A DNA stretch of 63,975 nucleotides, counting the filler, from Octopus bimaculoides (taxonomy: Eukaryota), in the NCBI RefSeq assembly GCF_001194135.2. It is 9 parts of 8 records of this genome, joined end to end, with 100 filler letters (N's around TTAATTAATTAA, not from the genome) between each part and the next. Parts side by side here need not be neighbours in the genome. Positions count along the whole stretch, not along the records: positions 4,625 to 27,216 come from NC_068985.1; 8 more parts are not named here. The stretch is one strand, 5' to 3'. Shown here piece after piece: positions 10,996 to 23,899 of the stretch. The notes below the pieces were generated by a model. The model searched no databases. It saw only the letters and a program-made list of their open reading frames with translations, and was not told the origin of the DNA. How positions within the stretch are numbered: the first letter of the stretch is position 1; every line of letters starts with the position of its first letter. A program made the position numbers and the translations under genes.

Positions 10996-12338
10996 TAAGA
11001 AAGGGTACCCAAAAGTAACCAGAAATTTTTTCTGTGGGACAAGCCTGTTGTAGTCCAACCAGGCTTCCACCACTAGAAGCCACTTGATGCGCTCCTCTTC
11101 GTCAGTCTGCCAAGTGGCAGTGGCATGTGAAGTCATAATGCCATGTAGTGTGTCTTTGTTTTGCTGTGCTTCTTCCCTGTTCATCAATTTTTCAATGGCT
11201 GAAACGAAGGAACAGCATGCTACAATGAAATTCTGTTTTCTGCCAGGGAAAATGGCAGCTGAAACAGTCGTCATGCTTCAAATAGCTTGCAAGGATGCTG
11301 CCATGAGCAGAACATATGTTTATCAGTGGTTTTCATGCTTTAGGAATGGTCACTTGTCACTTGAAGACCAACCTCGTTCAGGGCGACTATCAACCTCCCA
11401 AACAAATGAAAGCATCACAAAAATTCTTGAACTAATCTTGGAGGACCGTCACTGAACAACTAATGAACTTGATATGACTGGTGTGTCCTGGAGCTCCTGC
11501 CAATGAATTTTGAACAAGGAAATGTGAATGAAAAGAGTTGCAGCAAAAGTTGTGGCTCACTTGCTCACAAAAGATCAAAAGCAATCACAACTGAATGCGT
11601 ATTGTGAACTTAAAGAATAGTTGGAAGTTGATCCAGACCTTTTTCCAAAGGTCATCACTAGAGACGAAACCTGGTGCTATGGCTACAACCCATAAATGAA
11701 GCAGCAATCAAGCAAGTAGAAGCAGTCGATGTCACCACACCCCAAAAAAGCACATCAAGTGAAGTCCAATGTCAAGACAATGCTGATTTGTTTCATCAAT
11801 GTGAAACGAATTGACCACACAGAATCTGATCCTTCTCATCAAATTGTTAGCCAGACATTTTACATGACAGTTCTGAAGCATTTGCAAGATGTGATGAGAT
11901 GTAAACATCCCAACGTGTGGCATAGTGGAGAGTGTTGGTTTCATCATGACAATGCTCTTATGCACTCTGCTTTGAGTGTGAGACAGTTTTTGATAAAAAA
12001 TGGCATGATCCTGCTTACCCACCCTCCCTATTCACCCAGCCTTGCTCCCTGCAGCTTTTTTTGGTTCCCCTGAATGGAAAAAATCCTTAAAGGAAAATGT
12101 TTTTTCAGATGTGGAAGAGGTGAAGAAAAAATGATGGAGGTGTAAAAAGATGTCACTTTGCAAGTGTTGCAGGACTACTTCAAACAGTGGAAAATACGTC
12201 TGGACCAATGCATTGCTTCAAATGTAGAATAATTTGAAGGCAGTAAAAGTATAAACATGTATAAAAACATGTAAAAGTAAAAACAAGTAAATAAAATAAT
12301 ATTGCAAAATTCTGGTTCCTTTTGAGTACTCCCTCGTA
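10996..12338 (+). mobile_element. Full-length (~1.34 kb) mariner (DD34D-type) transposon with dead transposase
   Basis: Imperfect TIRs (GGGTACCCAAAAGTAACCAGAA / TTCTGGTTCCTTTTGAGTACTCCC) bounded by TA. Transposase from ATG 11195 shows HTH..WFSCFRNG..EDQPRSGR, ITRDETW, HHDNA and HPPYSPSLAPC, with multiple stops. Confidence 0.92.
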
Positions 12339-12488
12339 TGGTCCATGTAAAATCTATTTTGGAAAAAGTAAAAATTGAATGTAGCACATTATTCTGTGAA
12401 TATATAAAATCAGAAAGACAGTCCCCTCAAGTTGAATATTTTCATTTTAAACTTCACAAAAGTATAATCTCTTTCTCTCTCTCTCTTT

Positions 12489-12539
<51 letters not shown>

Positions 12540-13410
12540 TCTCTCATACCCTAGCATGGCCACAGCCTTAGGGCTGAAATGTATAAAAAAATAAAAGAAT
12601 ATAAAAATGCGCGCGCGCGCGCACACACACACAAACACACATACACACGCGCGATTCTGGAAGGAAAGTTCTTTCCTTTTTAACCTTGCTCATGAATTGT
12701 TTCACATCTTAATGATGCAAGAGAAATGAGGTAAATTATAGGATATCATCCAGAATTGTAGTGGGGTAAATATAAACTTGGAAATTTTTTGCAACATATA
12801 AATAGTTAATGGCATTGATGTTTTGTTTTATGATCCAGAAAGTGAATCTACTGCAGTTGGTAGAGATCATCATTTGCCGGAAACTTCAGTAGTAAAGTGA
12901 AAGTGAAAGAATTGTTTTCTTTGAAATGAATTAAAAGTTATACAAATCTGATGGTAATTGTAACATCCAATTGTTTGTAAAATGCTTTCTGATTTAGTTT
13001 ATTATGAATTTTTAAATAATATACTAAAATATAAATTTTTAAAAATGATACACCAAAATATAAAAATTAAACAATAATATTGTTGAAAACATTTAACAAA
13101 TTCCTTTGTGTTATTATTGCCAAGAAAATTCCTGCAAATATGTATGAAAAGCCCAATATTTGATTCTCCAATTGTTTTTGTGTTGATAGATTGATTTACA
13201 GTTTCATGATTTGATAACTACTGATAGGCATGCCATCAATAAGTTACAGTGCGGGTGTCTGACAACACATGATCAATGATGAATGACAATAATGTCACAG
13301 CACTTCAGTCAGGGACACAAGGATACACTTAAGTCTGTTGTACTCCACCATGTCAACAATCTAGTTACTCTCAATAATGACCACAATGGTATATATGCAT
13401 ATATATATAT

Positions 13411-13441
13411 ACTAGTAATGCATCCTGGCATTGCCCGGGTG
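13411..13441 (-). mobile_element. Helitron-like 3' terminus
   Basis: Minus strand CCCGGGCAATGCCAGG imperfect hairpin, 8 nt spacer, then CTAG|T, inserted in a TA tract. No 5' end or Rep/Hel found. Confidence 0.45.
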
Positions 13442-13589
13442 TTATGGCCTACAGCCACATTGTATTATTTGTTCCTTTCTTATGGGCAGAATTGGCACAC
13501 AAGGAGTATGAAGCAAACAACTCTTCTTTATAAACATGTTTTTCTGTCATTTTCTGATGAACAATGTTGCAGTTTCCATCTACAAGATT

Positions 13590-13720
13590 TAGTTACAAGT
13601 CTGTGGTTTGTCTAGGGCTATAGTAGAAAACACTTGCCCAAGGTACCATGCAGAGGGACTGAATGTGGAACCATGTGGTTGGAAAGCAATCTCTTCAACC
13701 ACAGTCCTTCTTGCACCTAA
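13590..13720 (-). mobile_element. SINE family A head fragment
   Basis: GGCTATAGTAGAAAACACTTGCCCAAGG...GGGACTGAA. Confidence 0.6.
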
Positions 13721-14687
13721 TATGTGTGTGTTTACATTTGTTGTTAAATCGAGTATTGTGTCTCATGTGTCTCAAAGTTAGCAGTTCATCAAGTAGAGAT
13801 CTATAAAATAAATGCCAGATTGAAATATGTACTGTGGTCAGTATGACCAATTAAATTTTTGAAAGTGATACCCCATCATGGTGACAGTAGAAAGACTAAA
13901 TCCAGTAAAATAATGTTTAAAGACTTAATGTCTTCAAATCTAAGGTGATATAATACTAACCACAAGATAATGAGTTCAAAACTTTATATTGAACTTTCAC
14001 TCTATACAATAACACTCTATGTACATCTCAGTCTCCTTGACTTCCAACAATTAACAATTGTAATTTGAAGTTGAATGGTTAGCAGTAAGAAAGATGTCCA
14101 GATTTCTTTTAAAAATCATTGTGCAAAATATTCTGAGAAAAAGTTTTTTTTTCTTTTCACCACAACAACACATACACACACACAGGTGTGTCTGTGGTAA
14201 CTTGAACTACTACAAATAGCTGCCAAATCTCTCTTAAAACACCCTTTCATCAAAAGAAAAACACAGATTTAGAGTATTTCAGGAAGAAAAAAAAAACTAT
14301 GCTTTGGGTCTGCTACATCAGAGGCAACTCTGGGCTAAACAAAACACAGACAAACATATTTCACATTAAAAGATTATCTACTAAATATTAGTAATAAATT
14401 TGATAGTATATCTTCAAAGTTTCATTCCCTAGTAAACTCCTGTATTTTAAGCATTTTCTCATATGCTTTATCTAAGACATAGCTTGTTCAGGTAGAGTTG
14501 CCTCCCTTAGCTAAAGACCTCAAAATTGTGTAACCCGACCTCATTCTTGAGGTTATTTTTGTAGTAAAAAAGAGTTGTGCAAGAAACTTTATTTGGTAGC
14601 CAAAAGATTACTGAATATTTTGAAACCTCATGCGTCAAAATCAGCAACTCAGTTTTTGAATCCGTAAGGAACATATGTGCGCGCGCA

Positions 14688-14733
<46 letters not shown>

Positions 14734-16069
14734 GTTATAAGGTTAAAGAATTAAGGTTAAGAAAATATGTGTTAAACACTGTATCAAAACCTCACTCACG
14801 TGCCCCATCACACCCACACCACAGGACATACAAATCCAAATGTACATTGACACCCACAGTCTCACATGTCTGCAGACAAGTACACTTATACACTAATGCA
14901 ATTATACACACACACATTCATACACAGATATACATATGTACACATCAGTATACACCAGAGTGACGTTAGTACTAGAATATTTCATTATGTATATTATAAA
15001 CAAATAAGCATTATTATCATCATCATCATTTAACGTCTGTTGTCTGCTGGCATGGGTTGGACGGTTTTACCAGGGCTGGCAAGCTGGAAGGCTGCACCAG
15101 ACTCCAGTCTGATTTGGCATGGCTTTTATGACTGGATGACCTTCCTAACGCCAACCAAGTATACCTAACTCTACATGATTACTCTGGATTGTAAGCAATG
15201 GCTGTACAATAAAAGTCTTCAATGATTTGCTATCTTATAAATGCAAATCATCTGAGGTTCTCTTTAATGCTATAAAAACCAGAGATAAGTGCTGGCATTA
15301 TAGATCCTCAAGATTCAGTAAAGGATTATGTTAAACAAAAATATTGATAGGAAACCTATTTTTAAGGTTTGGTTGATGGTTGACAGCTGAGTAAAGCATT
15401 TTGTCATCACAATATACCATAAATTTGTTGCTATTATAAATGACAATTTCCCTGTCAGGTTTTAGAAAGTAAATGCATATACTCTCTTACTTTGTAACAT
15501 AAAGTAATAGTTCTTTTACTCCTTGTGGCTATTTTTCATTATTTTATTAATATCAGCATCAGCAGTAAAATAATTTCTGTTTAGTATGATGAGAAGGAGT
15601 TTAGTCTTGGTATTACTAAGAGCACATTAGGCCATTTTGCAGTGAACTATCCTATTACATCTACAATTAATGGTGTTCTTCGAGAGTGTATTTCTTAGGT
15701 GCATGGCTAATTTATAAGGTGGAGGCAAGGAAGTGCAGTTGATACAATTGATATCATTTTGGTAATTACTTTATCAACTTCAAAAGGATGAAAAGTAAAG
15801 CTAAGGTGGAAGAATTTTAAATTTGGACACCGAGACATTGGATTAGATCAGTTAATGTACCAAGATTGTTTCTTTACTCACTCAGGCATTTCTACTGCCA
15901 TAATATGGTGTAATAATGGGGTTTTTTAGGTATGGAGTTTAAAATGCATAGACAAGAAGAAGAAATTAGAAGTTGTAACATTCATGCCCTTCCCAAAATT
16001 ATAATACTTCTTTACTCCTGGTGTTTACTTTTTGGAATCTGACAGAGAAACTGCAATAATCCTCTGGCT

Positions 16070-16540
16070 GTTGTTGGTGTCACACAATTGGTACCTGTTC
16101 TGGTGACATATAAAAAGCACCTTTTGTGTATTGGGCCTCGTTGAGGCAATATGGCCAATGCTGGTGTTACTTAACTAGCACCCATGCTGGTGGCACGTAA
16201 GAAGCATCCTTTGAGTGTTGGGCCTCACGGAGGCAATGACATATGACCGAGACCTTTGGCAATATTCTGTGCTTGAGAAAAAGACCCATCGAGCCAAGTG
16301 AAATCATAGTCATGGAAGATACTGGAGTCACACAACTGGCACCTGTGCCAGTGGTATGCAAAAATACCCATTTCACTCTTGGATGTTTGGCATTAGGAAA
16401 GTCATCCAGCCATAGAAACCATACTAAATCAGACTGGAGTCTGGTGCAGCCCCTCAGATTACCAGCCCTAGTTAAACCATCCAACCCATGCCAGCATGGA
16501 CAACAGACATTAAATAATGATGAGGAGGATGATGAAGAAT
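16070..16540 (+). mobile_element. Degenerate RTE 3' UTR (another short copy on the minus strand at 15030-15160)
   Basis: Tail motifs GGTGGCACGTAAGAAGCA...CCAACCCATGCCAGCATGG...ACATTAAA plus (GAT)-like tail. Confidence 0.6.
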
Positions 16541-16579
16541 TATCAGTCATAACAGCAAAAGATTTATAATGTGCATGTT

Positions 16580-16870
16580 ATTAGTGGCTCTCAATCATAA
16601 GGTCATGAGTTCAATGCCTAGTGGCACATTGTGTCCTTGAGCAAGACACTTTATTTCATGTTGCTCCAGTTCACTCAGCTAGCAAAAATAAGTAGTATCT
16701 GTATTTCAAAGGGCCAGCCTTGTCACTTTCTGTATCATGCTAAATTTCCCTGAGAAATACATTAAGGGTACATGTGTCTGTGAAGTGCTCAGCCACTTGC
16801 ATGTTAATTTCACAAGGAGGCTGTTGTGTTGATTGGATCAACTGGAACATTTGTTGTTGTAACTGACAGT
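16580..16870 (+). mobile_element. Diverged SINE B-related copy
   Basis: tRNA-like head (GAGTTCAATGCC) plus shared core TGTATTTCAAAGGGCCAGCCTTGTCAC...GTGCTCAGCCACTTGCA.GTTAATTTCAC. Confidence 0.65.
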
Positions 16871-17202
16871 CTCAGTTATTTCTGTTACTAACAAAGTAAT
16901 TATATTTTTTATAAGTTTATCATAGATGGTGCCCATAACTTTCACAGGTACCAGTGAATTGAAGCCCAGTTAATGTTTTTAAGGAAAATGTGGGTGGAAA
17001 ATATGGAATTCCAATTGGTTATAGTTCTAGGAAGGGAGGACTGGTAAATTGCTATGTGGTAGTAAAACCACATACAGACAACTATAAGTATTTTTTGTCA
17101 TCAACTGATCTGGTCTCACTAGATCAGTCTTGCAGATTACAAAATAAAGATTAAGTTTATAGTAATTCTATTTTTAATTTTAAAAAGTTGTCCTTTTTTC
17201 AG

Positions 17203-17350
17203 ATTAAATGTGTTCTTGTTGGTTTTGACCAGCACATCAGCTATATGAAAATATTGAAGGCAGCCAGTTACATCAAAAAGAAAAAATGCTTATTCATAGC
17301 TACTAATGAAGATTCTAACTTACCAATACCTGGAGATGTTATTATACCTG
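17203..17350 (+). CDS. PGP: Internal exon of a HAD-IIA phosphatase (phosphoglycolate/glycerol-3-phosphate phosphatase or pyridoxal phosphatase family)
   Basis: Pyrimidine tract plus CAG acceptor at 17200-17202 and G|GTAAG donor at 17350/17351. Translates IKCVLVGFDQHISYMKILKAASYIKKKKCLFIATNEDSNLPIPGDVIIP(G), matching the family pattern AVVVGFD..SY.KL.KAASYL....LFIATN.D....IPG. PGP versus PDXP cannot be fully resolved. Confidence 0.88.
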
Positions 17351-17789
17351 GTAAGTTGACTTTTTTTTGAAATTTGTATGAATTTTATTTATGGAGCACA
17401 AAGAAAACTCTCTATAATAATATTTCAGAGAAGTTAAATATCAAATTGACTTTTAAAATTTTTCATATATTTGACTTTCATTATTATACTAAAGATAGAC
17501 AAAATGCTTTGTGGTATTTAAATATACCCCTTTACATTCTAAGTTCAAGTCCTTTCAGGACTACGTCAAATAATTTTCCTCAAAATTTGTGTGCCCATAT
17601 TGAAAACATGATAGAAATATTTAAAAGTCATAATTTGATGTTAGGTAATTGTTGCTGATGCTCTAATAACTATAATCTTTACAAGTTTGTCCAGACAAAC
17701 ATGACTTATGCAGTTGATATTCAGTCTGAACTGCTATAAGTCACTGTCTATAGAAAAAAAAAATATTTGGTAAAAAGGAAATTTAAGAA

Positions 17790-18640
17790 ATACTATTTCT
17801 GAGGAAGAATGATTGAAAAACTTAAATTGTTTAGTGTAGAGTTTGTGGTAGTGTGAGACACAGTAGGGTAAACAAGAAGCGGAAGAGATGGCTGCATTGT
17901 GTTCTATGCTGGTTGATTGTTGAGAGCAGATATTATTGTAGTGGAAGATGAGACAGAAAAGAATAGTAGCTTTTTATAGCTGTAGGCCACATTGTATAGT
18001 TGTTGGTTACACTGATAATGGAAGAGACACTGTCAAGACTTATTGCTTTATTGTGTTTGAGAGAGTGGAGAAATTTTAGCACTTGGGGACTATATGTACA
18101 TGATGGTGAGATGTAAAGTGGAGGAGAATTGTGTGCATGGAGTTGGAAGTGAAATTAGCAGCAAATGCAATGGCTTAATTAACAGTAGTTCTATTAACAA
18201 ACCGTTTTTGTTCAGGTATAGTAAGGTTGAAAGAACTGGGAAGGTTAATAGTGACCCCTTTGACAAAGCATCAGAAGGCCCAACTGCAATTAAGGAAGCA
18301 AAATAGCTCTTAGATTATGTAGTGCACAAAGTTTCAGTTGCTTCTCAAATGTGATGGTATGTTCCACCTGATATTGAAGGCAGTGGTCTTTCCATGTACA
18401 GCTGTAAGTATTTCTTTTGGGAAGTTTGGAGTCTGAGCTCTGGTTATGTGGAGAATGTGGTGAGACATACTTTGCAGGATGATATTAGTCATACATTTTA
18501 CCATGTTGGGTGAGTTGCTGTCACTGCAACTAGTTAGATAATTTGAAATGGCAGAGGATATAGGGCAGTAAGAGTTTTCTGCATTAAGATCTGAATAAGT
18601 TTCCCTTAGTCAGACAATTTGATAATGGCTGAGTAATATT
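17790..18640 (-). pseudogene. Ancient CR1/L2-like LINE ORF2 relic (pre-RT region)
   Basis: Decayed translations *AIAFAANFTSNS and FLHSLKHNKAISLDSVSSII resemble KAELFAKNFSS and LNINKATGPD.IP; many stops. Confidence 0.45.
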
Positions 18641-18899
18641 TGGGTTTGGAGGTGTGAAAAATGTCTATAGTTTTAGTTTGAGTGTCTTTGTCCTGGATGT
18701 TGTTAAGTGAGTGTATCAACTAGTGCAAACAGATTAACTGATCATTTTAGGAACATTGGACTTCTCAGTATTCCAAATTTAGTCTTTCATTACCAAGGGA
18801 AATAATTTTTTTTTTGTCTAATCAATGAAAAGAAGTATTACTGACTCCTACTGGTTAATTTTTTTCTTTGTTACTTCATCTAATCTTTTGACAACCATT

Positions 18900-21800
18900 T
18901 ATTTGAAGATTTTTTTCTACTCAAAATTATTCCAAGCAAGGCCTATAGGCCACTCCTAGGCACCAGTTTTGGAGAAGAGGGTATAGGATCAATGCAATAA
19001 AAACTAAGTAGTAATGAGGAAACACAGGAAAAGCCAAGGTTTTTGGTCGCAGTGAGCGGTAATGTCATTTACTTAGAAGTGAAAATGGAACAACTGTTCA
19101 AGTTCCGAAATTTAATTTTAAAAAGTGGCGGTGACACTAAACTGTTGCCGCCTCCTGAAACTACAAGCAATTAATGCTAGAACTGTGATATATAAGATTT
19201 ACAACCTGAAGGAAAAGCAAATAATGGAAGCTAAAAACGAAGTGGTGAGAGGTGCATGGCATCAATATGGAATAAGGTATGCTACGTTGGCCATGGAACA
19301 TGAAGCGCGATTGTCAAAGCGCAGTTCTAAACTGCTGACATGGCCAAAGAGGTGTCAACAAAGACACTAAAGAATGACGAGATAATGCTGCTACCCACAT
19401 ACTTGGGTCACAGTACTGCAAAAATTACAGTAGAAGAAATACTAGCAGGATAAGAAGTTATGTGGGTAGCAGCGGCTGTGATTTACAACATAGAGGAAGA
19501 GGTATCCATCTTACAGATGAAAAAGAAGGATGCCATAAATTGGAAAGGCCAGACATTAGAAATGGTAGTCTAAGCGGTGAATGAGACCCTGGAAAATTTG
19601 CCTAATAGGGTATTTGTAGGGGAGGGGCTATTATTGCGAGTGGCCATGGAGGGATGTAGGCCCAGATGCTTCAAGTGTGGAGAAAAGGGCCATGTTCACT
19701 CCAAGTGTACAAAAAAAAAAAAAAGAGAATGATGCCCCTCCCCAAAAAGCTGCAAAGGAGGTGAAAGAGAAAACAGACAAACCAGAAAACACTTCAGAGA
19801 AGAAGGAAGAAAAAGTAGCTGAGGAGAAGAAAGACACACCAACTGAAGAAATGGATTTTACCATAGTCACACATAAACAAAAAAAGACAAATGTCCCTGT
19901 CTCCCCTCCCCAATCTAAACCCACAGTAAAATCATTTATCAACCCCACCCCTAAAAAAAAATCGTGCAAAAACAGGAATTAGTTTTGCATTAATGGACAA
20001 AGGACTGTAGAAAGAATTGTTAGCACGTTACCCGGACGATGTGCGAGATGTCAGCACAGAAGTGGCAGAGGGTAAATTAATCATAAGCCCGGCTGCCACA
20101 CCAACAAATAGCCCAGTGGCTACATCAATAAAAAGCCCAGCGGCTAACACCAGCAAAAGAAAAGGATGGAGAGGCCAGTGTATTTGTGCANNNNNNNNNN
20201 NNNNNNNNNNNNNNNNNNNNNNNNNNNNNNNNNNNNNNNNNNNNNNNNNNNNNNNNNNNNNNNNNNNNNNNNNNNNNNNNNNNNNNNNNNNNNNNNNNNN
20301 NNNNNNNNNNNNNNNNNNNNNNNNNNNNNNNNNNNNNNNNNNNNNNNNNNNNNNNNNNNNNNNNNNNNNNNNNNNNNNNNNNNNNNNNCAAGCTTGTCTC
20401 CTGCAAGACCTCAGGTCACACGATATAGATGTATGCATTATAACTGAGTCCAAGATGAGTGAACCACAAGCATTCTCGCCTCTCCTAAATGGCTATGAGA
20501 AATTTATTTCTCGTAGCCGACGGGGAGGAGGGGGTGTGGTGGTTCTACTCAGGAAGACCTTGGTAAGTACAGTCTTTGTGGACCCAGAAGGTAGGCTGAT
20601 CGTTCTAGATGTGACCCACGAGAGGAAACAGTCCTTCAGGTTGATAGCTATCTCTGCTCCTAAGGAGTGTAGGCAGTCTGGTTTTTATCGAGAACTAGAG
20701 CACTTTCTAGTGACCTCAAAAACAGTAGTTCTGTTAGGAGACTTTAACACTATACTCAATGCACGGGTGGATAGTGTTGGCTTGACTGATAGGAGGGGAA
20801 ATCCTGGCCTCAAGGGTCTACTAGAGAGCTATAATCTAGTAGACCATTACAGACTGGATGAGCCAAGTGTTCCACAGTGGACATGGAGTAATAGCAACGG
20901 CTTACGCAGATCTTATGTAGATAGAGTATCTGTTAGAGAAAGAGATATGGATACCTTTAGCTGTCCACAATTTTGTATTGTGCCTTACACAGATCACAAA
21001 TTTGTGATGTGTAAGGTACATATTGATAAATGTCATAGACAGTGACCCAGGTACTGGAAGATGAACAAGTCTATTTTGACTTGTCAAGCCTTCCGTACCC
21101 GGATTAAGGAATTAGTACAGAGGGCATTATGTGGCACCATCATTAATAATAGATGGTGGCATGCCCTCAAGAGAGCCATCTGTTTAGAGTCTATTAGATT
21201 TAGCAACCAGCTAAGTTTAGATAGATCTAGAATAGAAAGGAAAGTAGTTAAGAATTTAGGCAAGGCTTTGGAATCTGGCTCTGCAGACAGAGTGCTGGCA
21301 GTGACAATGGTCTTGTATTGTCACCTCAAAACCAAACATGAAGGCTGTAGAGTTAGAGCTAAGCTACGTGCAGTGGGCCGAGAAGGTATTAACGTTGATG
21401 GGCCTGTTGTGTGGAGTGTCAGAGGGGCAAAAAAGCCTCCATAAAGTCTTTAACTGATGAACAGGGGCACAAGATCCATGGGCAGGAAAATATGCAGAAG
21501 GCCTTTCACCAGCATTTCACCCCCGTGTTTGGGCAGGGTGATGAGCTCGAGCGTGGGGAGGCCCTAAAGGGCTTCCTCGCCGGTGGGCCACAACTCTTGG
21601 CACATGAGGTGGAATGCTGTGAAGGGGAACAATTACACCTGTGGAGGTAAAAGAGGTGTTGGCCGAGTGCACCAGAGACAAGTCGCTGGGGCTGAATGGT
21701 CTACCCTGTGAGTTTTATCGTAGCATGCCGGACTTGTTCAGGGACCTGCTGGCAGGCGTCTACACAAACTGGCAACAGAATGGGAGGATCCCCAGCTCTG

Positions 21801-23468
21801 TGAGTCAGAGAATGGTGATGCTGATCCAGAAGGACCCAAGCAAAGGGGACAGTATAAGTAATTACAGACCTATTCAATGTAGAGTTGAAGATTTTGGCCA
21901 AGGTGTTAGCAAAAAGGTTGACGTGTGTAGGGAAGGTGCAGACATGCGCCATTCCGGGCAGGTCAATCCAGGACAATCTTCACCTTATATGCTACACTTT
22001 AGACAGGGTGTGTAAAGTAACCAGCAAAAGTGGGGCACTGGTCTATTTAGATCAAAGTAAAGTGTTTGATAGGGTAGACCACCAGTACCTGGCGGCAGTT
22101 CTTGAAGCAGCTGGGCTGAGCCTGGACTTCCGTAGGTGGATCTCCGCAATGTATAGTGGCATCCAATCTACCATCAAGATAAACGGCTACCTGTTGGAGC
22201 CGTTTTCAGTCAAGCGCTCAGTTCGTCAAAGATGTCCCTTGTCCCTGCTTTTGTACGTTTTGGCTCTTGAGCCTTTACTGAGGAAGTTGGAGAATTTAGG
22301 ATACACCCCCAATGAAATCAGATGTGGTAAGTCAGTTTCTGCTTATGCGGATGACATCACCATCATCATGTCCAATGAGGCTCAGCTATCTTGTGTAGAG
22401 GACGCTATCAAAGGATACGAGGCGGTGGCAGGAGCAAAAGTTAACAAGGACAAGTTCATTGGCTTGTGCCTCAGCACCAGGAGGAGCAAGCCGGTATTGT
22501 CCAGTGTCGTGGGTCATTGGACAGATGGTCTTGTTAAATTGCTTGGAGTTTGGTTTGGACTGGACTCCCAAACAGAGAAGAATTGGAGCTAGGTGGCAGA
22601 CAGGGTGGAAGCTCTACTTCGGACTTGGTCTGGACGGGCTCTATCCCTGAAAGGAAGAGCGGAGGTGGTACAGGTGCATTTGTAATCACCTACCACTTAA
22701 CCATTGTCCCTTGCCCCGACTCATGGCTAAACAAGTTGGAGTGCCTCCTTTTCTGATTTTTGTGGAAGGGAGGAAAGCCACTTGTAAGGTGCCCCGTCTG
22801 CTGCCAAGAACTGCTAAAGGGTGGGTTAAAGATGCCCCGGCTAATGATACGCAAACATGCGTTAAGGCTGAGACATCTCTGGCACTACCTGGAGGGTAAC
22901 AAGGTGTGGAATCTGCTGGCAGAGGAATTCTTCCCACGACCAGCCTCTTTGGAGAGATTCAACCGTTTACATTGAACACATGTTGTCACACCTAGGCAGA
23001 GTACAGCTATCAGCTGAATCTATAATAAAGATTGTGCTGCCCACCAGACTCTCGAAGGAAGGTGAGGCATGTTTTTTTCCTTACAGTGGTAGTGTTGAAA
23101 GACTAGACTGCAAGGACTCGTGACAGGAACCTTCATTTCTGGCCCCGGATTGCTCACCTTTTTCAGATATCATCTGAAGAGCAAGATAGGGCTGGAGAGG
23201 AAACAACTGTCGTGAGGTGTGTTTGACAAAAGATGGAAAGCTGTGGTAAGAAAGGTGGGTGCAAGTGACCCTGCTTAATCTTCATGGAAAAGGAAAAAGG
23301 TGTAGTCACTGGGCTCTTCAGCCCATCAAGTTTTACCCCAAAAAAGTCAAATTATATATCCTAAATTTTTAGAATTCAAGTATCATTCGAACTCATTATA
23401 ACAATAATTGTTTGTATTGTCCTGTTTTGTCCCCTCTTTGTACAATAATAATTATCTTAATAAAAATT
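18900..23468 (+). mobile_element. Tx1/L1-like LINE copy 1 (ORF1 zinc knuckle, APE endonuclease, RT), degraded, in the PGP intron
   Basis: ORF1 CFKCGEKGHVHSKC (CCHC) at ~19665-19710. Endonuclease motifs DVCIITESK, LLGDFNTIL, WTWSNS..SYVDRV and YTDHK (20390-21045). RT motifs YLDQSKVFDRVDH, SVRQRCPLSLLLY and SAYADDITI (21885-22592). ORF2 ends ~23280, then a 3' UTR with AATAAA at 23459. Confidence 0.88.
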
Positions 23469-23489
23469 CACCTCTAGTCGAACAATTAT

Positions 23490-23534
23490 TCTGTGCTGAT
23501 GAAGGGAAATAACCCAGAAATCGTGATACACAGA
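23490..23534 (+). ncRNA. Type I minimal hammerhead ribozyme motif
   Basis: Stem I TCTGTG/CACAGA (6 bp); core CTGATGA at 23496-23502; stem II GGG-AAATAA-CCC flanked by an extra A on each side; GAAA at 23517-23520; self-complementary stem III ATCGTGAT; cleavage triplet AUA ending at 23528. Confidence 0.7.
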
Positions 23535-23899
23535 TATTGTTTTGAGCTGAGTGGGGGTGTTAGATTCCCTTGTTCGAAAATACAATGACACAGATTGTGT
23601 CGTATAACCAGCTGGAGACGATGCTAAATTACAGCAACATTCATCCTAAACCAGGACTGCCATGTTATGTTGGCAAACAATCTTTACTCTAGATAAGATG
23701 TAATCAAATAAGATGGTAATAAAATAACCTATAGAAGTACTAAAATGAAGAAATCAGTATTATGCAAGGACATATTCTGCAGGAAAATAATAAGAGGAGA
23801 GTTTATTCCATAATCAGCTGTTCTTAGGGGAAAACTTTGTGCATGGAAATTGTTTCATGTCCATAAGATATCCAAGAAACACTGATGTGATTTGTTAAA

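Noticed and set aside
12810-12900. NGIDVLFYDPESE as a possible upstream PGP exon ending in DPE
   Set aside because: No in-phase GT donor after DPE and no family similarity; looks like a dispersed repeat.
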